A program made the translations under genes and the position numbers. This document shows, one piece after another, positions 18,001 through 25,693 of a stretch of 64,000 nt of DNA. Each line of letters opens with the position of its first letter. Position 1 is the stretch's first letter. The notes beneath the pieces are model-generated. The model was not told where the DNA came from, ran no database searches, and worked only from the letters and a program-made list of their open reading frames with translations. Origin of the DNA: an uncultured bacterium (GTDB lineage Bacteria; Patescibacteriota; Patescibacteriia; Patescibacteriales; UBA12465); assembly GCA_942492765.1 (NCBI GenBank), contig OW818634.1, positions 89,159 through 153,158 on the forward strand, written 5' to 3'.

Positions 18001-18579
18001 TTAGTTTGGCTTGTTATTTATAGCATCTATTAGAATCAGCTTTTTCCCTTCTAGGATGTTATAGAGGAATATATCCATGACATCTCGGCGATAGCGGTAT
18101 TCTCGCTCAGTCATGACGGTAAAGTTTATTTCTCTGCCCAGTTCTCTCTCTAATCCTTTGACAAGCTTTAAGAAAGCTTCGCGGCGGATAGTGCCGACTA
18201 GCAGTAAGTCGGTCTTAGCTTCCGGATAATTAACAAAAAAACCGGAGAGTATCAATAGTTTCGGCTGGCATATCTTCTGGAGATTGATGATGAAATTTTG
18301 GCTGAAGAGTATCTGTGTCTTAGCAAACAAAGCGCTTATTTCCGGATAGAGGATGAATTCCGGATTGACGCTGAATGATTTCTTTTTCTCGCCCTCTTCC
18401 GGCTCGACTTCTCTGATTACTCCGGCCTTAAGCAGATTATCTATTTCTCGCCGCAAAGAATTAAGCGGCAGGCCGGAGGCATGAGCTATCTGCTGCAGCG
18501 AGTATCTTTTATCTGGGTATAGAAAAAAAAGATTGATAATCTTGACCCTGGACTCGGAGCCAAAAAGCGCATTGAGCAT
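18001..18579 (-). CDS. Winged-helix (ArsR-like) regulator fused to a minimal nucleotidyltransferase-like domain
   Basis: 192 aa. N-terminus SESRVKIINLFFLYPDKRYSLQQIAHASGLPLNSLRREIDNLLKAGVI reads as a wHTH. The C-terminal half LLILSGFFVNYPEAKTDLLLVG resembles a pol-beta-type NTase core. A 4-nt gap separates it from the DUF4012 gene. Confidence 0.55.
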   Translation of the reverse strand: MLNALFGSESRVKIINLFFLYPDKRYSLQQIAHASGLPLNSLRREIDNLLKAGVIREVEPEEGEKKKSFSVNPEFILYPEISALFAKTQILFSQNFIINLQKICQPKLLILSGFFVNYPEAKTDLLLVGTIRREAFLKLVKGLERELGREINFTVMTEREYRYRRDVMDIFLYNILEGKKLILIDAINNKPN

Positions 18580-18662
18580 ATTTCTTTATTTATGAGTTTA
18601 TAGTATAATATTCATAAGAAACAGTCAAACCAAAAAATGGGTCTGATTCCCTCTTTTTTCTT

Positions 18663-20909
18663 ATGTATAATAAGATTTCTTCAATTATCTTGAACTCAGC
18701 TAAGGCCGTAGGCTTGAGCGATGTTTTTGTCACTCAGCCCGACGCCCTGAAGGAGAGTCAGGCTGGAAAGATATTCATCTTGGCGGAAATAGGCGGCAAA
18801 AAGACCGAGGGGCAGAAGGTCTTTGACTTCCTAGTAATGGCTTTGAGCGATAATTATTATAATGACGAGAAGATACTTTTCAAAGATAAGATTCCTGGTC
18901 TGAAGATCGAGAATATTTTTGAAGCGGCCGTAACCAAGACTAATCGCGATTTGGCGGATTTTCTGGTAAGCGAGAGAATCAGGCTTAATCCGACGGCCAC
19001 TAATCTGACTATCGGAGTGGTTTATGAGAATAAGATTCATTTTGCCAATTTTGGCCATAACCGCGCCCTCTTAGTTTTTCGTCGCGGCGACGAATACGAG
19101 ATAATCAATGTCGAAGCTAATGCCGCCGAAGCGCTGGCTGATGCTAGTGACGCTGATGCTGCTCCGTCGCGCGCGCCCAAGCTTTTCTCCTCAGTTATCA
19201 GCGGCGAGATTCCCTCCTCCTCTTATTTCGTGCTTAGCAATGAAGCCTTGCCAGAGTATCTTTCCAATAAGGAGATGACTAGCATCGTCACCAAGCTTCC
19301 TCCCCTAGCTGCAGCGGAGCAGATCAAGAATGTCTTATCCAAAGTCAATACTTATATTCCTTTCCTGGGAATAATCATTAAGAATACTGTCGGTTTAGCA
19401 GCGCCGGACGCTAAGGATGATCTCGAAGAATCCTCGGCCCATAGCTCTATATCTTCGCTTAATTATACCGAACAGAAGACCGAACGCATGCTAGCTCCAG
19501 CCGGGCTGATCAATCTTTCTGGCATGATTAAGGGGGCGAAGAGCGCTGTTAAGGGCTGGCAGTCTAAATCAGCTCGGCCGCAGAAGAAATATATCCATCA
19601 GGAGGAAGACAGAGCCGTCCAGCCGCCCTTGGATTTAGGCTCTATTAAGAGCATGAATATGGCCGGGGCTAATTCTTTCTCGCGGCCCGATAAGATATTC
19701 TTCAAGAAACGGACCGGAGCGATCGGCTCGGGATTCAAGAATATCGGATCAGCTTTTGCCGGGATATTCAGCGGCCGCATCTGGTCAGCCATAGGCGCTT
19801 ATCTCAAGTCTAGATTAATGTCGCTTAATAAGAAGAATCGCCTGCTCTTTGTCGGTCTAGGATTGGCAGTCGTAGTTTTAGCAGTCAGCATCTTGATTAC
19901 TAATTTTAATCATAAGAAGGCCGCCGTCGAAGCTAATTTTAACGGCTTGATTACGGCTATCAATGATAAGGAAAATGAGATTGCCGCTCACTTATTGTAT
20001 GACGATGAGGCAGGTGCGGCTGTAATCTTGACCGAGGCGCAGGGGCTATTAGCTTCGTTACCCCAGGATTCTGATATCCATAAAGCCGCTTATCAGGAGC
20101 TGACCGCTAAATTAGCGACTGACGCCGAAAGGCTCCAGAAGATAGTCAGAATAGCTTCTGCCGACAAGGTTAATGACCTCATCGGGCTAGGCATCAATAA
20201 TTTAGCTTTTGCCGCTGGGAAGATTTACGCCGCCGGCGGAGCGACGGTTTATGCTTTGACTCCAGCTAGCGCTTCTTCTAGCAGAATAGATATCAAGAAC
20301 GCCACTAGTTTAGCTAACCCGCATAAGGATTTTCATAAGGACATTATCCATTATTGGGATACTGGCAATATCGCCGACCTCGCCTTTAAGACCAAGGCCA
20401 GCAGCTTGATCAGCACGACTAAATTAGACGCGGCTTCCAGCCTGATTAGCTTTAAGATCTATAATGCCAAGCTATATTCGATTGCCAAGGATAAGAATCA
20501 GATATATTCATACGTCGATAATAAAGGCTTCAGCGCTAAGACAGATTGGCTCAAGGATAGCGCTGATTTGAGCCAGGCGGTTGATTTAGGGATAGATGGC
20601 GATATTTATGTCCTAAAAGTTGACGGCTCTATCCTGAAATTCACTAAGGGCAAGACTGTCGAATATGGCGCTACGGCTATATCTCCAATCATGACTAGCG
20701 CTAATAAGCTTATCGTGGGCACGAATTATCTCTATGTTTTCGAGGCCGCCTCTAAGCGTTTAGCCGTGCTATCCAAGAAAACCGGATCTTTGGTCAATCA
20801 GTATATTATCGATTCTCTCGGGTCGGCTAAAGACGTGACAGTAGATGAGTCCGGCAAGGCCGCCTATTTCTTGGATGGCGATGCGGTTTATAAGGTGGGG
20901 TTGAAATAA
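18663..20909 (+). CDS. Hypothetical membrane protein: degenerate PP2C-like N-domain, central TM helix, beta-propeller-like C-domain
   Basis: 748 aa. LTIGVVYENKIHFANFGHNRALLVFRRGDEYEI resembles the PP2C core, but GDSR is replaced by GHNR. TM helix LLFVGLGLAVVVLAVSILI. The C-terminal half is repeat/beta-rich. Confidence 0.4.
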   Translation: MYNKISSIILNSAKAVGLSDVFVTQPDALKESQAGKIFILAEIGGKKTEGQKVFDFLVMALSDNYYNDEKILFKDKIPGLKIENIFEAAVTKTNRDLADFLVSERIRLNPTATNLTIGVVYENKIHFANFGHNRALLVFRRGDEYEIINVEANAAEALADASDADAAPSRAPKLFSSVISGEIPSSSYFVLSNEALPEYLSNKEMTSIVTKLPPLAAAEQIKNVLSKVNTYIPFLGIIIKNTVGLAAPDAKDDLEESSAHSSISSLNYTEQKTERMLAPAGLINLSGMIKGAKSAVKGWQSKSARPQKKYIHQEEDRAVQPPLDLGSIKSMNMAGANSFSRPDKIFFKKRTGAIGSGFKNIGSAFAGIFSGRIWSAIGAYLKSRLMSLNKKNRLLFVGLGLAVVVLAVSILITNFNHKKAAVEANFNGLITAINDKENEIAAHLLYDDEAGAAVILTEAQGLLASLPQDSDIHKAAYQELTAKLATDAERLQKIVRIASADKVNDLIGLGINNLAFAAGKIYAAGGATVYALTPASASSSRIDIKNATSLANPHKDFHKDIIHYWDTGNIADLAFKTKASSLISTTKLDAASSLISFKIYNAKLYSIAKDKNQIYSYVDNKGFSAKTDWLKDSADLSQAVDLGIDGDIYVLKVDGSILKFTKGKTVEYGATAISPIMTSANKLIVGTNYLYVFEAASKRLAVLSKKTGSLVNQYIIDSLGSAKDVTVDESGKAAYFLDGDAVYKVGLK

Positions 20910-20936
20910 TAATTTCTCTAAAATTATAAAATAAAT

Positions 20937-20964
20937 AAAAACAGCTCATCTAGGCTGTTTTTTA
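20937..20964 (+). terminator. Intrinsic terminator of the 18663-20909 gene
   Basis: acagc (20941-20945) pairs with gctgt (20954-20958), extended by A-U pairs, and is followed by a T-run. Confidence 0.6.
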
Positions 20965-20978
20965 ATAATATTTACCTA

Positions 20979-21007
20979 TTGACAAATATATTATTATATG
21001 CTAATAT
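20979..21007 (+). promoter_or_regulatory. Near-consensus sigma70-type promoter driving candidate ncRNA A
   Basis: TTGACA (20979-20984), a 17-nt spacer, then TAATAT (21002-21007). The block 20976-21010 is 32/35 identical to 25978-26012. Confidence 0.6.
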
Positions 21008-21013
21008 ATATTC

Positions 21014-21272
21014 ATAGTTGTTTTAAAAATAAACTAAAACAAAAAACATGGTTTATCGTTTTGCACTATTCGTGTGCCCGTAGGTAGCACACGGCTCCAC
21101 TACATATGAAACACCGGCCCCGATCATCTCAAATAAAATAAATATCGGGTAAGTTTTGTTCCCGTTTTACACTAAAATGGCGAGACTAAAGTTGGCGGTA
21201 ACTTACTGCTACCGGGCAGAATAAACCGGCTAAGATATACTAAGGGATTCCTATTACAGGAATCCTTTTTTA
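21014..21272 (+). ncRNA. Candidate structured ncRNA A (~260 nt), family not identified
   Basis: Bounded by the promoter above and by the hairpin ggattcc (21245-21251) / ggaatcc (21259-21265) plus T6. All frames contain stops. Local helices: 21071-21077/21087-21093, 21119-21124/21144-21149 and 21162-21169/21173-21180. It is convergent with rplL. Confidence 0.5.
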
Positions 21273-21283
21273 TTTTTCCGTAC

Positions 21284-21312
21284 AAAAAAACCAACCGGTT
21301 AGGTTGGTTTTT
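21284..21312 (-). terminator. Intrinsic terminator of rplJ-rplL
   Basis: ccaacc (21291-21296) pairs with ggttgg (21302-21307). It is flanked by A7 and T5, so a U-run follows the hairpin on the minus strand. Confidence 0.7.
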
Positions 21313-21346
21313 TCACAGGAAAAATCCTGAGTGAGAAAGTAGTAGA

Positions 21347-21739
21347 TTACTTTAATGTGACCTTAGCGCCGGCTTCTTCTAATTTCTTCTTCATAGCTTC
21401 GGCTTCAGCCTTCTTAACGCCTTCCTTCAAGACTTTCGGGGCGCCATCGACTAAGTCTTTAGCTTCCTTCAATCCCATTTCGGTCAATTCACGGACGGCC
21501 TTGATGACATTGATCTTGCTGGCACCGCCATCAGTGATCTCGACATCGAAAGCATCCTTCTCTTCAACCGCAGCCGCGGCAGCAGCCGGAGCCATCATCA
21601 TGGCTGGGGCAGAAGCGCTAACGCCGAACTTCTCTTCTAAGATCTTAACGAGTTCCGCTAAGTCTAGAACGCTCATCTTCTCGATTTCGCCGACTAATTT
21701 TTCGAATTTCGCCGGAACGATTACATTTTTCTCTTCCAT
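21347..21739 (-). CDS. rplL: 50S ribosomal protein L7/L12
   Basis: 130 aa. Ala-rich hinge ([18 protein letters not shown]) and C-terminal domain [34 protein letters not shown]. Confidence 0.95.
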   Translation of the reverse strand: MEEKNVIVPAKFEKLVGEIEKMSVLDLAELVKILEEKFGVSASAPAMMMAPAAAAAAVEEKDAFDVEITDGGASKINVIKAVRELTEMGLKEAKDLVDGAPKVLKEGVKKAEAEAMKKKLEEAGAKVTLK

Positions 21740-21769
21740 ACGTTTAAAATTAAATATTATTTAAATTAA

Positions 21770-22297
21770 TTATTTTTTTTCTTCGATCGCTTTCAAGACA
21801 TTGACCAGGTTGCGCAGATTGCCGCCGAGAGCATTGACGAAGCCGGAAATCGGCGCGTTAATGGATCCGACTAATCTGGCATACAGCTCGTTCTTGCTCG
21901 GCAATTCAGACAGGGCTTCGACTTCTTTCTTGGAAAGAAGCTTGCCATCTAAGATGCCTCCTAAGAAGAAGATGCGGCCTTCCTTATCCTTATCCTTGCG
22001 GAAAGTGCCTAGGACTTTGGCTGGAGCGACCTCATCCTCGTAAGAGAAGATAGCCGCAACCTTGCCGTCGAAATCCCTGACATTGATATCCATCTTGTTC
22101 TCTTTCAAGGCCATGTTCATCAAGGTCTTCTTGGCGACGTAATATTCGCTGCCAGCTTCCCTTAATTTATCGCGTAAGTTTTCGTTATCCTTAACGCCGA
22201 AAGCGTTAAAGCCCGCGAACACCATAGACTTGGACTTCTTGATCTTTTCGTTCAGATTGCGAAAGATCTCTCCTTTTTGAATTTTGTTCTTTGGCAT
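21770..22297 (-). CDS. rplJ: 50S ribosomal protein L10
   Basis: 175 aa, immediately upstream of rplL. Typical L10 N-domain (SMVFAGFNAFGVKDNENLRDKLREAGSEYYVAKKTL). Confidence 0.93.
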   Translation of the reverse strand: MPKNKIQKGEIFRNLNEKIKKSKSMVFAGFNAFGVKDNENLRDKLREAGSEYYVAKKTLMNMALKENKMDINVRDFDGKVAAIFSYEDEVAPAKVLGTFRKDKDKEGRIFFLGGILDGKLLSKKEVEALSELPSKNELYARLVGSINAPISGFVNALGGNLRNLVNVLKAIEEKK

Positions 22298-22482
22298 ATA
22301 TATCTATAATAATAAAAAATCCGTGGCTAGCCATGGACATTCAAGAAAATACCTAAGATTAGAGTATTTGTACCTCGGCGAGACTTATAATCGATTCGGC
22401 TTATAGGCTTCTTCGAAAAGCTGGCTGTCTATGGCGTTATTTAATTACTTTGATATATTAGCAGATTCTGTTTATTTGTCAA
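22298..22482 (-). promoter_or_regulatory. rplJ promoter plus ~150-nt leader with a terminator-like attenuator (candidate L10-leader-type autoregulatory element)
   Basis: The minus strand reads TTGACA (22482-22477), a 16-nt spacer, then TAATAT (22460-22455). The leader contains a hairpin at 22321-22336 followed on the minus strand by U6 (22320-22314), 16 nt before the ATG. No Shine-Dalgarno sequence is visible. Confidence 0.5.
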
Positions 22483-22500
22483 GAGATTTTAGAGCTAAGA

Positions 22501-22531
22501 AAAAAGACCCGAATTGATTCCGGGCCTTTTT
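22501..22531 (-). terminator. Intrinsic terminator of the 22544-23164 gene
   Basis: Minus strand: ggcccgga..ttcgggtc hairpin with one bulge, followed by T5. Confidence 0.6.
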
Positions 22532-22543
22532 AAAGGGCAAGGG

Positions 22544-23164
22544 TTAATGGCTTAATCTATAGAGCCAATTGCTTTCGGATTCCTGATACTCCATCCTGAT
22601 AGTTAAGCCGCCATCAAGCCTGATGGTTTCTGTTTGCAGGCTGCATAATTGCGGCAGGCCATGTTTCTTGCGCAGGTAGTCTCCATAAGGAATAAATCCA
22701 TCCCGTCTAGTTTTTACCAGAGTTTCCCGGATCGGCGAGAAATTACAGAGATTATACTGCTTTTTATCTTCGACGCCGAAGGTTTTAAATATCAGTTCTG
22801 CTTTATTGATGGCGGAATCGCAGAATGATTCCCCGTTTTTTAAATAATAGCTGATCTCAAAGGGTTTTGTGAACTCGTTGTCTATTACCTTGATGACACT
22901 TTCGTCCAGATTTTCTAAGCGGGCAATTATTTCTTGACGCTTAGTAGTCGGACCAATACTGACTCGGAAAAGGCTGATTTTTATAAGCGCTTGGCGATTA
23001 TCCTGCCTTTCGTTGAAACAGGAGATGATTCTCAGATCTTCAATGGTATGGAAATGCTTATCCTTTTTGTCATGCCAGTCGTCTACTGGGATGTTTGTTT
23101 TTAAGCTGCTGACATGGCTGATACCCCAGACCATGGTCGCCTTGTCGTAAATCTGTGTTTTCAT
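22544..23164 (-). CDS. Hypothetical soluble protein (orphan; no recognisable domain)
   Basis: 206-aa ORF with an RBS-like aaagaaagggtaaaaac upstream of the ATG and its own flanking terminators. No TM helix or signal peptide. Confidence 0.5.
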   Translation of the reverse strand: MKTQIYDKATMVWGISHVSSLKTNIPVDDWHDKKDKHFHTIEDLRIISCFNERQDNRQALIKISLFRVSIGPTTKRQEIIARLENLDESVIKVIDNEFTKPFEISYYLKNGESFCDSAINKAELIFKTFGVEDKKQYNLCNFSPIRETLVKTRRDGFIPYGDYLRKKHGLPQLCSLQTETIRLDGGLTIRMEYQESESNWLYRLSH

Positions 23165-23298
23165 GTTTTTACCCTTTCTTTAGGTTATTAGACTTATGTT
23201 ATTTTAAGCGTCCGGTATAGGAGACCGGATCTTGTTGTAAATGAACTGATAATAAAGTTCTATTTAAATTACCAAATAATGGAGTTTTTGTCCAGATA

Positions 23299-23330
23299 CA
23301 AAAAACCGCCCTAGATAGAGCGGTTTTTTA
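23299..23330 (-). terminator. Intrinsic terminator of the SIMPL-domain gene
   Basis: Minus strand: CCGCUCU-AUCU-AGGGCGG (7 bp) followed by U6. Confidence 0.7.
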
Positions 23331-23351
23331 TTTGGTTGATTTTTTAGATTG

Positions 23352-24092
23352 TTATCTTACTTCATAAACCAGGGTAGCCTCTACCTTGATTTCGTTTTGG
23401 CCGGATTGGATAGAAGGAGAAGATATTCTCTCGTCCGCCGCTCCGGTTGCGAACTCCATCTTAGCATTGCTATAGCTGATCGGGCTGATAACAGGGACTG
23501 AGCTCTCATAGACGCTCTTCACTTCGCCCAATTTCATGCCAGATTGTTCGGCAATCATCATCGCCTTCTCTTTGGCTTTTTCAATCGCTAATTCTCTAGC
23601 CTGATTCTTCAGCTCGTATTCATCATCGATGGTGAAGCTGATATTGCCGATCTGGTTAGCGCCTTTCTCGGTCGTCTTGGCGATAACGTCTCCAATCTTG
23701 CTCAAATCGCGGATCTTCAGGGAGACATTCTGGCTGACTTCATAGCCGATCAATTCTTGTCCCCTAGCTTCAGTCCAGTTATAGACTGGGTTCAAGGAAT
23801 AACCGCTAGTCTTGATATCTTTTTCCTCAATATTTAGAGCCTTGACCGCTTCGATGATCCCGTTCATCTTAGTCGTGCTCTCGGTGGTCGCTTCAGCCGC
23901 CGTCTTCTTAACGCCGGTCTTTAAACCGATCTCTAGATTAGCGATGTCAGCCTTGGCATAGACGGTGCCCGTGCCGGTGACTGAGAAGCGATCCTGGTTA
24001 TTAGCCTTAAGAGCCATAACCAGGGCGACGACGACCATAGCGGTAACCGCTAAGATACCGAGGGTCGTCAGGAAAACGTAGGTTTTTTTCAT
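23352..24092 (-). CDS. SIMPL (DUF541) domain-containing secreted/anchored protein
   Basis: 246 aa. N-terminal TM/signal. Pattern typical of SIMPL family members (TGTGTVYAKADIANLEIGL ... YEVSQNVSLKIRDLSKIGDVI ... EIKVEATLVYEV). Confidence 0.8.
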   Translation of the reverse strand: MKKTYVFLTTLGILAVTAMVVVALVMALKANNQDRFSVTGTGTVYAKADIANLEIGLKTGVKKTAAEATTESTTKMNGIIEAVKALNIEEKDIKTSGYSLNPVYNWTEARGQELIGYEVSQNVSLKIRDLSKIGDVIAKTTEKGANQIGNISFTIDDEYELKNQARELAIEKAKEKAMMIAEQSGMKLGEVKSVYESSVPVISPISYSNAKMEFATGAADERISSPSIQSGQNEIKVEATLVYEVR

Positions 24093-24132
24093 ACGATTTT
24101 ATTAATTATTATATTATTTAAATCTATCTTTA

Positions 24133-25365
24133 TTATAGCTCATTGCTGATTTTTGGGCTAGATATCGTTTTTGGAGATATTTTTTTGAGCTTTCGGCCGC
24201 GGTTGGCGAAACGATGCGCCTCTTCCCTGAGTTTCAATAAGGTCGGCTTGATGTTTTCTGCCAAACCGCGCAGAGGTTTCTTGGCTTCGGCCGTAAAGAC
24301 GAGCTTATCGCCACCAAGCTTGGAGATACCGACGAGCGGGATATTCAGATTATTAGCCCTGAAGACCCGAGAGAGGAAGCTTATCTGCGGCGTTCCGCCA
24401 TCGATCATGATGAGATCAGGCGCGCGCCATTCGCCGTGCTTGAAACGGCGCAAGAGCATCTCGCTAAGCGCGCGTTCGTCGTCTCCGGCCGGAGCTTCTT
24501 TTATCTTGAATAGGCGGTATTCGTCTTTAGCCGCTTCTCCATTTTCAAAAACGACCATGGATCCATAAGTTTCCTTGCCGGCATGATGCGAGATGTCATA
24601 GCCTTCGAGACGGTCGATCTTATGTTCCCCTAAATCATCTTCGCGAACCAGTAAGGCGACATCTTGCATATGTTTCAGAGCCCTTATCTTGTCGGGATTT
24701 TCTTTTTTCAGTTTCGCGATCAGGCGCTTTTTTTCGCCGGAAAGCAAGAGGATGATATTATTGATATTTTTCTGATAGTCTTTTTTAGAAATAACGCCGA
24801 CGCAGGCGCCCGGGCATAGCCCGATCTGGTAGTCGAAGCAAGCTTTGCCGTCAGGATTTCCGGCTGTACCCATTGGAGCGCAGGTGCCATAAGGAAAGAC
24901 GCGGCGTATCAGGCGCAGCGCACTCTGAATCAGATAGAAAGATTGGTAGGGGCCGAAAATCTTAGCTTGGGACTTCTTATTCAAAGACGAGGCGGAAAAT
25001 TTTTTCAAATCAGTGCCGCGGACGATGAGCGGCTTAGGAAAATCGGCCTTGGGGATGACAACATAAATGAAAGAACGGTCATCCTTGTCTTTTACATTAT
25101 ATTTCGGCCAATGTTTTTTGATTTCCTTGGCCTCCAAGATTATCGCCTCTAAGAGGGTTTCGGTCTCTTCGTATTTAATATTCGCCGCCAGCGCGACCAT
25201 CTCGGCGATACGCTGGTCAATATTCTTCTGGAAATATTGGCTGAGACGATTGCGCAAGCTAGTCGCCCGGCCGATATATAAGATTTTTCCAGCCTTATCA
25301 AGCCAGAAATAGATTCCGGGTTTTTTAGGGATATTTTTCAGTTTGTCTTTAAGATTTGAACTCAT
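24133..25365 (-). CDS. uvrC: Excinuclease ABC subunit C, short form (GIY-YIG plus RNase-H-like endonuclease domains only)
   Basis: 410 aa. GIY-YIG N-terminus (PGIYFWLDKAGKILYIGRATSLRNRLSQYF). Cys-rich segment CFDYQIGLCPGACVG. C-terminal endonuclease region LEGYDISHHAGKETYGSMVVFENGEAAKDEYRLFKI. It ends without an HhH region. Confidence 0.85.
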   Translation of the reverse strand: MSSNLKDKLKNIPKKPGIYFWLDKAGKILYIGRATSLRNRLSQYFQKNIDQRIAEMVALAANIKYEETETLLEAIILEAKEIKKHWPKYNVKDKDDRSFIYVVIPKADFPKPLIVRGTDLKKFSASSLNKKSQAKIFGPYQSFYLIQSALRLIRRVFPYGTCAPMGTAGNPDGKACFDYQIGLCPGACVGVISKKDYQKNINNIILLLSGEKKRLIAKLKKENPDKIRALKHMQDVALLVREDDLGEHKIDRLEGYDISHHAGKETYGSMVVFENGEAAKDEYRLFKIKEAPAGDDERALSEMLLRRFKHGEWRAPDLIMIDGGTPQISFLSRVFRANNLNIPLVGISKLGGDKLVFTAEAKKPLRGLAENIKPTLLKLREEAHRFANRGRKLKKISPKTISSPKISNEL

Positions 25366-25654
25366 AAAGATATCCAGTTAGGCCAATCCGCCCCTTCTTT
25401 ATAATTATACCCTCTTTTTTGAGCATAGCTATCTTTTTGGCAGTTCCGCTGGCGAAGCCGCCGACTGATCCGTCAGAACGGACGACGCGATGACAAGGCA
25501 CTTGCGGCGCGTAGGGGTTCTTGTTCAAGGCATTACCGACAGCGCGGCTCGCGCGCGGATGGCGCAAAGCGCCAGCGATAGCTCTATAAGTAGAAACCTT
25601 GCCGCGAGGTATCAGGGAGGTTTTTTGATAAACTTTTTCTTTGAAACTAGTCAT
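25349..25654 (-). CDS. ogt: Methylated-DNA--protein-cysteine methyltransferase, catalytic (C-terminal) domain only
   Basis: 101 aa. Active-site PCHRVV motif and preceding IPRGKVSTYRAIA helix-turn-helix region. The 3' end overlaps the uvrC start by 17 nt. Confidence 0.85.
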   Translation of the reverse strand: MTSFKEKVYQKTSLIPRGKVSTYRAIAGALRHPRASRAVGNALNKNPYAPQVPCHRVVRSDGSVGGFASGTAKKIAMLKKEGIIIKKGRIGLTGYLYEFKS

Positions 25655-25658
25655 AGTC

Positions 25659-25687
25659 TTGACGGATTTAATTTTTTAGCCTAGTGT
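25659..25687 (+). promoter_or_regulatory. Possible promoter for candidate ncRNA C (weaker match)
   Basis: TTGACG (25659-25664), a 17-nt spacer, then TAGTGT (25682-25687). It is divergent from ogt, whose ATG lies 5 nt away. Confidence 0.35.
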
Positions 25688-25693
25688 TTAGGT

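Noticed and set aside
21058-21093. Mini-ORFs inside the ncRNA candidates. Examples: MVYRFALFVCP at 21058-21093; a 16-codon ORF at 26037-26087; MIGIKIRYGH at 25841-25873.
   Set aside because: They are 10-16 codons long with no Shine-Dalgarno sequence, too short and featureless to call as type-I-toxin-like or leader peptides.
21214-21236. GGGCAGAAUAAACCGGCUAAGAU in RNA A resembles the RNase P CR-V / P4 3' strand (ACAGAAnCCGGCUUA). GGCUCCAC at 21093-21100 resembles the segment after P4.
   Set aside because: No GAGGAAAGUCC-type 5' strand able to pair with it exists in the unit; the nearest, GAAACACCGG, is in the wrong order and gives a C-C mismatch. The RNA is also ~100 nt too short. I treat this as chance similarity pending a covariance-model scan.
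21357-21764. 135-aa plus-strand ORF antisense to rplL
   Set aside because: A mirror frame of a highly conserved ribosomal protein gene. The A/S-rich translation is an artefact of the Ala-rich L7/L12 codons.
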